Source of the DNA: Acanthaster planci
Taxonomy: Eukaryota
Length of the DNA: 62,000 nt
Direction: 5' to 3'
Assembly: GCF_001949145.1 (NCBI RefSeq)
Contig: NW_019091403.1
Span: forward strand, 62,001-124,000
How positions within the stretch are numbered: the stretch's first letter is position 1; every line of letters begins with the position of its first letter. Shown here piece after piece: positions 38,981 through 54,937 of the stretch. Made by a program: the position numbers and the translations under genes. The notes below the pieces were generated by a model that saw nothing but the letters and a program-made list of their open reading frames with translations, was not told where the DNA came from and ran no database searches.

Positions 38981-39826
38981 TGATTGTTAACGTGGTAGCA
39001 TCTGTCAAGCACTGGTTCATGTTACTCCCCTCTTCCCCTCCCCCCCCACCGATATACGACAGATTTAAGGAGAGCCAACGACAGCAATATTGTGAAATTG
39101 TCACCCAGATATGAAGTCACACTCCCATAGCACGTCTCCTAAATTTTCTCTGGCAATTTGACCATTACTATTGTAATGTCAAAATTTTAAATCTAGCCTG
39201 CCATTTTGATAATAGGCTTTTTCACGTCCTCTTGAGCTCTTTTTGTTCGTTTCAACAGTGCCTCAAGTTTCCTCCTCATTGATTCGTCCGTAATCGGTGG
39301 AATTGAAATAGCATTTAAATTTGTGCATCCGTCCAGATTGCATCTATGTTTGCAAGAAGCTTTATTTATACTTTAGCTCTGAATTACTAGCCTTTTATGT
39401 CAAGAAAATTTTTGAAATAAACATTTTTTGTCGTATTATGGGTCAATTCACAGATCAGAGTGTTTGGATGGCAGATTTCTAGTTAAGGTACAGTCATTTG
39501 AAGGAAAATTGAAATCTGTTTTAGAGGAACCAACTGAAATAAATTTCAAACTAATCACTTATTTCGTCAATATTCTTGCTCCAAAGAAAATAATAAATCA
39601 AAAATATACCACACACTGATGATAAATGAAGTCATTTACATGCGAACGTAGGTCCCAATAGAGGCTTTGCATGGTAGCCATATTGCAGGGCAGTTCTTGT
39701 GTTCCTCAGGGAAGCCTCCTTTGTGCGTACCCTGTGGAACAAAAGCATTGGCCTGCAAGGTGGCAGCCATGCAAACTCTCTGTATTGGTTGTTCATGCAG
39801 ACTATTTAACGAGGGAATAAAGGTGC

Positions 39827-40149
39827 TTGGCTGGTCTTAAACATTTGTTTCACTGTATAAGGAGAATGAATGCTGATAATGCCCACGCCGAAGGCCAGGG
39901 ACATTATCAGCATCTAGATTCCTGATTCCCAGCCCTAAATATCTTTGCAAGTCACAAATTCGAAACGAGTTTTAAACATTATAAAAGTCCAATGATTGTG
40001 TTCAACAACTTTATTTTCAAACACCGCTGTAGCAATGTGATGATCTGTTCCTCTCACAAATAACGATAAATTATCTCCACCTGTGGAGCGTTGTGTGTCA
40101 GGTGGCACAAGGCCAGCCACTGCTTCATCCATCGTTTAAGACCAGCCAA
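39827..40149. mobile_element. MITE-like element with 16-bp perfect inverted repeats downstream of RAB39
   Basis: TTGGCTGGTCTTAAAC (39827-39842) is the exact reverse complement of GTTTAAGACCAGCCAA (40134-40149). There is an internal hairpin ATGCTGATAATG...GCCGAAGGC...CATTATCAGCAT at about 39870-39913. Confidence 0.6.
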
Positions 40150-43100
40150 TCGACACTCTCAACCAATAGGAATGGCTAACGTGTCTTAGTTATGTATGAT
40201 TAGTGCTAGTAAAAGCATTCTTCATGTTTAGAATTCTAATAGCATGACATGTCTGTAGACTAGGCGGTCATGTTTGTTAACGGTAACATGAACCAGTGCG
40301 TGCGTTGTACTTTAGGATATGATGTATACATCGTACGTTACGTGTCTGTGGTGAGTGTCCATTGTCAGTGTCAATGCGGTCAGAGCGTTACAGAGAAAAA
40401 AAAAATCGAGAATTATTCAGTAAATTGCTACAAAGATGAAATACTGTGTGTAAATATTGTGGAAATCATTGCTTGGTGGTATCACGTGCTGAGCAAATAG
40501 TAGGACCTTTATGAGTAACTTGGGGAAGACCTAGTCTCTCAAGTCGGCATTGTCAGCACTTGAAGTCTGAAATGGTTGACAAATATCCGACAACTGGGGC
40601 GTGATTTGGTGACCCCTAACCAGAAACTTGTTTGTGACGTCGGGGCAGTAACCAGGATCATGTTAAGGGTGGCCCATAAAAACAAAAAAAACAGAAACGG
40701 TTACGTCATCTGACGGAGGCAAGCGCGGGGAAGCAGATGACACTGTGGATGGACATCATTTTTACTCAATATTTGGCGTGTTTCTCATCCTGCTCTCTCT
40801 TTTCACGTATGTTCTCGGAGAAAATATCTCTCTGATTCGCTGCATCCAACAAGTGATTTCTTAATGTATAATTCACTCATTTGAGCAGCGACGAAAATTG
40901 TCCGTTTATTTTCGGCCATTTTGAACTGGCACTAAACCGACTCCGACCGTCGGTTCTCGTTCCGTCCAAACAATGACATCACAGAGGCATAACAAGGTCA
41001 CCAAAATGTTTAGCCAGTGACCAATGCTGAAACAAGATGATGGTTTGGGTGGCCGAAACACGCCCCTATTTATGGCACACTCTCGCTCTTGCATCTCTAC
41101 CACCATTGCTTTAGGGTTAAATATCCCAGTTTTGGTCAAGTACAAGCTATGTTGCTTCAGGTGTCTGTAACAGTGTTGGCAGGGCTGCCAAACTCCTGTG
41201 CATTCAGTGTGAGACTGTCACATTTCCAGTTGGAAATTCTCACTATGTCACGCCCATATGGGAATTCTCATACTAACAATGCAAAGCTAACACAGTCCAA
41301 AATGAGTGATTTGCTCATTTCGATATCCTGTGTTTACAAGGCAGTGAGAACTTTTTCTCTTTTGAAAAACGAATAACTAGACATATATCAGAGGCCGTGT
41401 GGCTTGTGTCTGGTACCAATTGGACACTAAATGGTGTCTGAAACTGGCTTTCAGAGCTGCAGCTTTTCCTATTCTCGCGCTCAACTCTCACGCTCAACTC
41501 TGACGCAGTGTCGGCAGCCTTTGTTGGATATCAGTTGTGATGTACCCTGCCTGAATAAACTGGCTGTGGCTAAGCCAGCATGCACATACATGTATCAGTG
41601 GCAAGTGGTTGGAGCCACTAGCTAGTGGCTTCCAAGGGCATGCATTGCCTTCTTATTGGAAGCTGTAGCCTCATAACCGGACACAAATAACCAATGACAA
41701 AGTGCTGAGCTAAAATGAAATAAATCAGCTTTTACTCGTCATTCATGTTCGCAGCGTAGAAAGGTTTGAAATTTATTGGCTTTTGTGAAGCCTATCGTGT
41801 CAAGAAAATGGGATGACTACGGATCATTTCTTTATGTATTTCTTGCCTCATATGGGGAAAAGCAGGTATCGATTCAATTTACATCCTACAAGCATGTCAT
41901 GCCAAGTTGTAGTGGTCACAGAGTACTTGTAACCAAGTAAAGTACAACAGTGTGAATAATCAGTATAAGTATAAATAAGTATTTATTTTTCACAAGTGTT
42001 GCACACATCCAGAGCACCTGTACATCATTATACCATATTTATATCATAGTGTATTACATAAACCGAACACTTTAATTGGCCTAAATTGAAAGAGAAAAAG
42101 CATTGCTTGAATTTTATTGTTTGGGGTTAAATCTATGCAATTTTACTTGTTTGGGATTATTTTTGTTCCTTTTTGCTCATCACACACTCAAAATTAGACC
42201 AGAAAGTTCGACTGTCTTGAATGACATTAATGTATGCACAGTATTTTGAAGTGTACATATTTGAATATTTTACTCGCACGAACATTCCTCCAAAGTGTGT
42301 GTTTGGGGACGTTGGAGGTGAATCGAAATACCAATTATGCTGCTCAGGTTTATTGCCAAATCCCTAGTATCTTGGACAGAATCAATAGTGTCGTGATAAT
42401 TTCAGTAAAGTTAGGCATATTGTAGAGAAGGGACAAATCAACATGAAAAGGGCATGATGCAATTCAGATAAATTTTTTGTAGCGGGAAAACTGTGTTGTA
42501 TTTACAACTCAATTGATGTGTAAATGCACATTGAATATTCATCCAGTCCTTTTTCTCTCAGTGTTAAGAAAGCACCATGGCATGGCTGTTTAATTCTTAA
42601 TAGTTTCTTGAAATCATAATGAACCCCCCCCCGACTGTTTTTGTTAGACAGTTGCTTAACAGTAAACTTTGAGGTTCCGTTAGGGTATTGCATTGTTTTT
42701 TGGGGGGGGGTTTCTATTGCTCCAAGCATTGCAGTATGGATGTTGTTTATTGTCACACTGGTTCTCAGTGGGAATGGGGGAAATGTCACATGGTCTCTAA
42801 GGGATTTCATGAGGCGTTTTCCTAGGTGCTTTTAGAGCAAAGTCTGCGATATGTGAGGCGACTGGGTACCTTGCTCTTCCGTGTACATTGTACATTATGT
42901 TTGCAGCGGCACAGGCTAAAGATGGAAACATTTCAGTTATACATTGATCGTGAGGGGATTTTGTTGGAAGCCATGCAGATTTTTCATCCACATCTTTGTG
43001 AGTATTGTCCCACTATTGTCCCACGTGCACACTAGCGGTGTTGATTCCGGACTTCTTTGGTTGAAATTGGTAGCTGAATTGTATTCAGGAGGAATGAAAC

Positions 43101-44560
43101 TGTACCGTGCAGCGTGCACATGCCTTAGGATGAATGTAGCTACATACAGTGTGCGCAAAATTGTCAAGCAATGCTGCATAGCTTGGAGATGCTTATTTGT
43201 CAAGGGTTTGGAAGTCTAAACAGTGACTGTGCTAGAGCCACATGTACACAAACGCTCTACATTCCTTGCGGTGCTTTGGGGGCGGTGAATGACTTGTGCA
43301 GTAACTGGAGTCTGGCAGGGTACACTGTTTATTCCGTTTAAGGGTAAAAGTGACGGAAGGTCAGTGTGACATCGGAAAAATTATGTCTTTCATGTCCTTG
43401 ATTTTTGGGGGGAAGATATGTGGGGCAGGTTTCCATTTGTCAAATGTTGCTTTGCTTGTGTGCTACTTTGTAATTGTGCCATGACTGGAGTGGGCATGGG
43501 GGAAAGGAAAACAGGTGTAGGCCATTTAGAATTTGCACATATGACAGATAATTCAACAGTACAAATGTACAAGTTTGATTCAGATTACAGTGAATTTCAG
43601 TGAGGTACTCCGAAGGCCCAACAGTTTTCTGTTTATCAGCAACTTGAGTGTAAATTACATTTTTCAGTAAAAAAGCAATTGGAATGACCAACTTTAGGCT
43701 CAAAGTGAATGTTATTGTCAAGATAAGGTCAGTGTTGTTTGCTGATTTTATTTATTTTATTTTTTTTCTTTAAACCATTCGAGGTAGCTAAATTTTCTAC
43801 GCAGAACATATTGCCTCATTATTTTTGCACGGATCAAAGGATAAAGTTGTGCATTTTCAAACTTTGGGCCAAGGAATCTAATTGTCTTCATGATAATGCA
43901 AAAATCAGATGTGAACTGCAACGATGTAAGCTCTTTCCACTGAACTAAAAGCCGAGTGTTTCTGAGTTAAACAAGACTTGCAAATGCAGGGGTAAAAAAA
44001 AAGTGGAAATGAAAATCAAGTGATGAGTAGTCCTGTGTTGTGAATTGTCTTGTAAAAAAAATATGAAATAATCTGGTGTATACATTTCAATGTTTATTAA
44101 ATTCCACTCATTATTTAACATGTATATATTCAGAATAAATGTTCAATATAGAGAATGGCTCAAGTATTATTGGATATTTTTATTACTCGCCTGGATAACT
44201 GGCCTTGCAAACTGCTAAACGTAAGATTTCTTGACATATTTTCCCCATTTGAAAGGTTAACAAAATTGAAAAATTTATTGTTGTATTGTGTAAGTCATTC
44301 CCAGTATCTAAAATCATGCAAGCAAAAGTGGTCTTTTGATCCAACTGTTTCACACTTAATATTTCTCGCATTTCGAAAATTCAATCCCCCTGCTCAATCT
44401 CAAACGGTATTCAATACATGTACATTGTACAACGCAAGTTGGTCTTTTCAGCAGGCAGTTTCTGGTTTTCTTTAGTTAAGAATCGATTTAACTATAGACG
44501 GTTCTGATAAAACACTTGATCAAATGAACATCTGACTAAAGCAAACCCTACGGGAACTTT

Positions 44561-44602
44561 GTACGAGCATGGAGGTAGAATATTCTACCTCCATGGTACG
44601 AG
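44561..44602. repeat. Perfect 28-bp spacerless palindrome flanked by a 7-bp direct repeat (possible TIR-only transposon relic)
   Basis: GTACGAG (44561-44567), then CATGGAGGTAGAATATTCTACCTCCATG (44568-44595), then GTACGAG (44596-44602). Confidence 0.8.
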
Positions 44603-45054
44603 AAGGATAAATTTGCCCCTTTGCCGTCCATGGTGACGTAACGCCGATCGCGAGAATGTGAAAATCCGAAGTAGGCCTACACCCTCTTTAAATCGGTCAA
44701 ATAATCTATTGGACCGATTTAAAGCACGCCCTCTGCTTAAACGAAGTGAGCGTTCATCTGTAGACGGATACCTATAGTACTGCAGCATACTTTTTGTAGA
44801 AGAAAGTAACAAAACAAACAGGAAAGTGACTGGAACTGATCTTAACACATCATTATCAATTAATTGAAAAAGACAACGCACGAATAGCTGCAGTCTAAAA
44901 ATAATGAGTGCACCCTGGCATTAATTACGGCATAAATTATTTCAAAACTCTGAGTGCGCCCTCATTTGATGCTGCATTTTTTTTATACATCAAAAAGCCT
45001 GCCCTCTATCGACTGATTTTTCCCGAACTCGGTAGATAGAGGGCGGGCTACAAA

Positions 45055-46133
45055 ATGGCAGCGTCCAAGATACCGAAAGCCTTGACACTCAAGCAGGTAA
45101 ATATAACAGTGGAAATGTGGTTCCTCACTCAAAAAGAATAAATCCAGAGATGTGTAGAGATAAATGCTCGATCACGTTAGTGGTGGTGTGCAGTATTCAA
45201 ATTCCACTTGGCACGGGCTGATTTTCAAGTTTCATTTCAACTCGTCTTTGAAGTTTCAACATGCATGACATGAGCATGATTGAACACTCTGACTGTGAGT
45301 GACTGAGACGTAACAAGTGAGTCCTGTTTAACATCGAATGTAACTGTCAAACAGCAATTTTAAATCTTCAAATAGTGATATTTTAACTATTCCATGTTAC
45401 CAAACATAGCACTCATCCCAAAAATGATAGTGAGCCATACACTAAATGTGTCGTTACGTGGGCATGACAGGAGGTAACCAAATAAATTTTCCTTAATACA
45501 TTCACTTTGTTCTTTTCCAGTTTCTCCTTAGACAGCAAGTCTTGAGTCTCTACCGAGACATACAGCGATCTCTAAGACGAGTGCCAAACAAGAAGGACAG
45601 GGATGAGTTGAGAGTCTGGGCGAGGGAGGAGTTTAAGAAGAACAAAAAGGAGAAAGATGAGGTATTTGACAATCTCATAGTCTCATTAAAGATGAGAGAG
45701 TAGGTCTATGTTTCTGTGCACAATTTAGCACTGTTGCACTTGCTTGCTGTTTTCAGATGTGTCCAGCGAGTGATACTTTTCCCCATTCTATTTATCTTGT
45801 CCAAGGATGTCATGGATAGGCATGTATCACTTTTGAGCTTTCCCTCTTTAAGACAGATGGCCGAAAGTGACTCTTATCTCTGTCGGCTGGCATGTGGTGC
45901 ATGTATTCCATAGGTTCTACAACAGAGAAAATTTGAAAAGAAGTGCAGTTTTGCGAGAAATAATGAGTATATTTCAGGGCCAAAACTTGAAACTTTTGGA
46001 CCTTTATGGGGGAAAAAATCTGTATTAAAATGTCTTCATTTTTATGGTTTCACAGATTGTCATCCGTATGCTTCTCACGCAAGGAAAGAGAACTCTGCAA
46101 GAAATACAAAGTACCGTGATTCTTGCTAGGTGA
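45055..46133 (+). CDS. LYRM2: LYR motif-containing protein 2 (mitochondrial), complete, 86 aa; exons 45055-45096, 45521-45661, 46056-46133
   Basis: Hand-spliced sequence: MAASKIPKALTLKQ|FLLRQQVLSLYRDIQRSLRRVPNKKDRDELRVWAREEFKKNKKEKDE|IVIRMLLTQGKRTLQEIQSTVILAR*. It has the LYR tripeptide and WAREEF motif, CAAAATGG start context, and canonical phase-0 GT-AG introns. Closely matches the recalled human LYRM2 pattern (MAASR..TLKQF.RRQQVL.LYR...WAREEF). Confidence 0.92.
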
Positions 46134-47302
46134 TGTGTAGGTACAAGGATGGATGAAACTTTGACAGCAGTATTGTTCCAAGTGGTAGCAGGACAGCCCG
46201 TGCTGCTATGCAAATCCGAGACGACTAAGAGGAGACGAGGAAGTCCACAACTGACTGACGTGAGGGACTGTTCCGAGAGACTGCCTAGTTCACAGAGTGA
46301 GCTGCTGGGCACAAGATGCCCCGCAAGTCTCAAAGGACACTGACAAGTTTTGTCAAGGAACCTATATTGCATCCTGCCAGACGACAGGACGGGTACCACC
46401 GAGGCATTTGTATTTTGCACAGAGATTTGAAAACACAATCACAAATATTCATTGTTTGACATCAGTGCTGCAGAAAGCTACAGCGTAGTCGTCACCCTTG
46501 TTGGATCATAAAATCTGCCTAAAAAAAACAACATCTTCACTCACTTTTTTCGCAAGCAAATTGCTTTATATCTTTTCATTTATCAGTACTTATTATAAAT
46601 AACTGTTGAGTTTACAGCAAACTGTTGTCACAAAATAAATATGTGTAAATTTAAATTAGGCAGCAATTTAACAAGTAAAATGCTCGGAATATATAATTTG
46701 CTGAATAATTTGTTACTTATGTTGGTAATACATCCATTGTCAAGGTAAACCTTTGACATAAAATAGTAAGTATGTACTGCAGCACCGTCAATACTCTGTG
46801 TTTTTAGATAAATATCAAAACTGATGTTTGATCTTCCTGTAGAGGTTTGTTTGATTGGTCATGTATTAAAAAGGACTTCCTTCTTGTCGTGGTCAAATGG
46901 GTCATGGCAAGTACGCTAATCTTGCAGCAAAGGAAATGAGCTATAAGTCACCTGTCTTTTAAAAAGCAGATTTCAATATGGATCCAAATTTAATTATGTA
47001 ACTGTGATACAATATATAAATCTGTACATGTACCCATGAGCATATGTAATACCCAACAGTTATACGATAACATTTCTGGGTTTCACATTTCTGAGGTAGT
47101 GTTTTTTTAAACCTTTTTTTTCAAGCCCTTTCTGCTGCCTCGTATGACGTGCAACATCTTACGAATTCAAGTTATTTTTTTTTAAATGAGGTCTGAAATA
47201 TGACAGGATGGAGACACTGTTGGTAACGGTGGTATACAGTGTCTGAGTGCCCAAGTTGTGTTCAAGTCGAAGTAAGTGACCACCCCTCCCAGAAACTCCT
47301 CT

Positions 47303-51773
<4,471 letters not shown>

Positions 51774-54675
51774 TTTTAGCTGAGTTGATAAAGTTGTTGT
51801 GCTCTTGGCAAGAACTGTTAACAGTGTATCACTGACCCTTGTAATAATTTCAGTGAGATGACCACAGACACCGTAGTAAAGGCCAGGGTGATTGTACTTT
51901 TGAACAGGTCGCCAGGAAATGGTCTAACTTGAGGCAGACAAGATAGAAAGGAAGTTTCCGGACGGAACAAAATGTTGCTGGAATTTCCACGAAGAAACTC
52001 GATCGAGATAGAATGAGCAACACTGGTTTCCTGTGTCCCCCGCGATCCAGAAAATCTTCCCCGCAAAGAACAGATTTGAGTTGCCGTGGAAACGAAGAAC
52101 GGGAATTTATTTCGTCAGACGACACGCCACGAAATCGCAGCACGATATGAAGACATGCGATGTGCTTCAAACTATTATTAAGAATGATCCTTAATCATTC
52201 ATTTACTGCCTTTGAACTATCAGGTAGCCTACATGAAGTGTTGAGCGTCAGACTTCTATCATGCCAGGTTTTCGCATTCTTCACAAATTTGTTCGGCGTA
52301 GGTTAGGGCAAACTTAAGTACTGACTACCAGTACGCGGCTCTGCCCGCTATTTATGCACACTTGACTGAACTGATCCGGCAGAAATATGCTGGCTTTCGA
52401 CAGGTGGGTGAACCGTGAGCGATGACCTTGGGGTCTGCCCTTTATCACGGCGTGACCCTTGAGAATGGAAGCATTTTTAGCCTCTGTTAAACATGTAAAT
52501 TTGCCTTTACGAGAACAGCAACTCCACAAAATCCATTCTCAAGGTCTTGAAAGGATTTGCCTCAGAAGTAGGTCACAATGACCACGGCTTGAAAACTGCT
52601 CGATGTAAGGTAGAATTATCGTTAATTAGGACGCATTAGTGTGAGGAACAAAGTGTGCAATTTAATGAAGGTCATGTCGAAAATTGAAAACCTTGTTGTC
52701 CTGGAGTGCCAACACAAATGCCTTCTGGGTCGAAATGCTCTTAAATCCTCCGTGGTAATTCCGCGGTTGATAGAAAGAGCGATGTTTGCACCCTACCGTG
52801 CCGGAAGCCGAGGGATACTGTCAGTGAGCAATTAGTCTGATTGAAATGAAACATATTATTCCAGACTTGTGCAACTAACATGATGAAGGGGGGGGGTCGT
52901 CTATTTGAATACGTCACTTGTTTTCCTAGCCTCGCTGTCGGCACGGATTTTTGTTCCTGTCATACCAATGTAACAACGAGCCCTGCGGCGAGGATTTCAC
53001 AAATACAGCGGACAAGCGGAAAATGAATAAGTCTAGGACTCGACACTGCCGCTGGGGTCACCTCGCTTGGTTCAGTTGCCAAGACGCCGAGTGATGTGCA
53101 AACTAGTTTGAATAAAGCAAACAGATCAAGATAAATAGACACTACACATTCAAGTAATTGTTAATGGAGAGTTATTGAGTCTAACCTTATTACCACTTTA
53201 GTGTTCATAACCCTCATATTTTCGGTTATCGCTCCCTCTTTCCAATCAAGACGGACGGCAACCTCGCTCTATTCTCCAACTCCTTGTCCAGAATGATTTA
53301 TGACCAGAAGTTGACAAGAATCAAGGACCGGCTACCGATAAATCACAGCCGGCTCTTTCGGTCGACGATTCCTCACAGGGAGGACTTACAACGCGTATCC
53401 CGCTCAAATTCACACTAAATTTTATCCGGTCGGCTAGCCTTTGACTGACAATTGCAGTTGAAGAAAGAAAAACTTGACGGACATAGAACGGACAAATCCT
53501 TCAACATGTCTATGACCGATTGCAACAGTAGACAAATAGCGGCAGGCTATGGAAGGTGAATCCCAAAACGATCTCAGTAACGAGCGTCTCTTGTGGACGG
53601 GTTACAATGCCCTAACGAGGCATGACGTCGCGAATCTTCGGAAAAACAGTACCGCACCGTTTCCCCGCGAAAAAGTAGACAACACCGAAGCTGGAATGCA
53701 TCCTGTCACGAATCAACCAAAACCTAAGTCATAATTGTACCGAACCCTGCTCTCGAGACACAGACCGGGAAAAGAAGTTGCCAGATAGAAACGGCTTTCC
53801 TCAGAATTTCCAGCAAAAAAAAAGGTTAGGTTGGGTGAAATAAATGCAAAGATTCAGGGCAGACCTTTATTGACCGGTACGCTTCGTCACATTGCGTCAT
53901 CATTCCAACATTCATGTCACCTAAAAAACAAACAAACAAAAAAGGACTTGGCGCCATCCGCCACAAAAGAAAACTTGAGCGGCTTCGCGTGACGGAATTT
54001 TAATTCCAACCCAAGGATGAAAAACATGTCTTGTACACTTTCAAAAAACAATTACCATTCGAAGGAACAGCAAGCCATGAGTCTTTAAAAGATGGGTCAT
54101 GCTGACCAAAATGACGGAGAATGAAGATGCGAGAATTTTGGTCAATCTAAAGTCACGGGCCACTCTTCAAACACCTTACGAAGAGCGTGGTGACTTTTTG
54201 CGGAAGTTCTTGACTTATTGCAGGGACAAAGTCATTAGCTTGTCAAACATCTCCACGTTTCAATCAGGAGGAGTCCTGGAATGTCTTTAATGAAGAAAGC
54301 CATTTACATGCGCATACACATGCGCAAACACCGCAATATCGACGCGACAACTGACGTCACATAACTGTGTGGTCAAGGGCGCCAATTTGTTTTGGTTAAA
54401 CCAAGGCTGCGACTCCCACGAGTCCAAATGTAGCTCACAGGGTGTGTCTGTACGAACTGTCTCGACACAACTTGCACTACTGCTGTCTTATCAGATCATT
54501 TGTTTTTTAAATTTAACTACACTGACGCCCATCTCAGGATCGAGGTTTACTTCAAGGCGACAAGAGGTCAACTTTTGAAAAAAAAAAAATTAAAAAAATA
54601 CAAGTCACAACTCGAATTCAAAATGAAAACGTAAGAGTAATTTAAATGAGCCACAGCCAATGAAATGCACTGGAC

Positions 54676-54681
54676 TTTATT
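54676..54681 (-). promoter_or_regulatory. Candidate polyadenylation signal for DDX10
   Basis: TTTATT on plus is AATAAA on minus, about 260 nt after the DDX10 stop codon. Confidence 0.45.
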
Positions 54682-54937
54682 TCATGATTCGAAATGTAAC
54701 CTTACAACATTAAGCTCTAAGTTAACTCTAATTATGTCCGTAAATTGCAAATTAAGTGAATACAATATATAGACTTAATGATACACGATTTCTTCCCCAA
54801 GAAGAAATGATGGGCAACCTATTTGGTATGGTAAGAAATGGTTACTTAAAGAAAATACATTTCTGTGCCAAAGTAACTTTCATTAATATTTCTCATCTGT
54901 ATTTTGGACTTATTTTGGAGGAATCCCTTTAGCTGCT

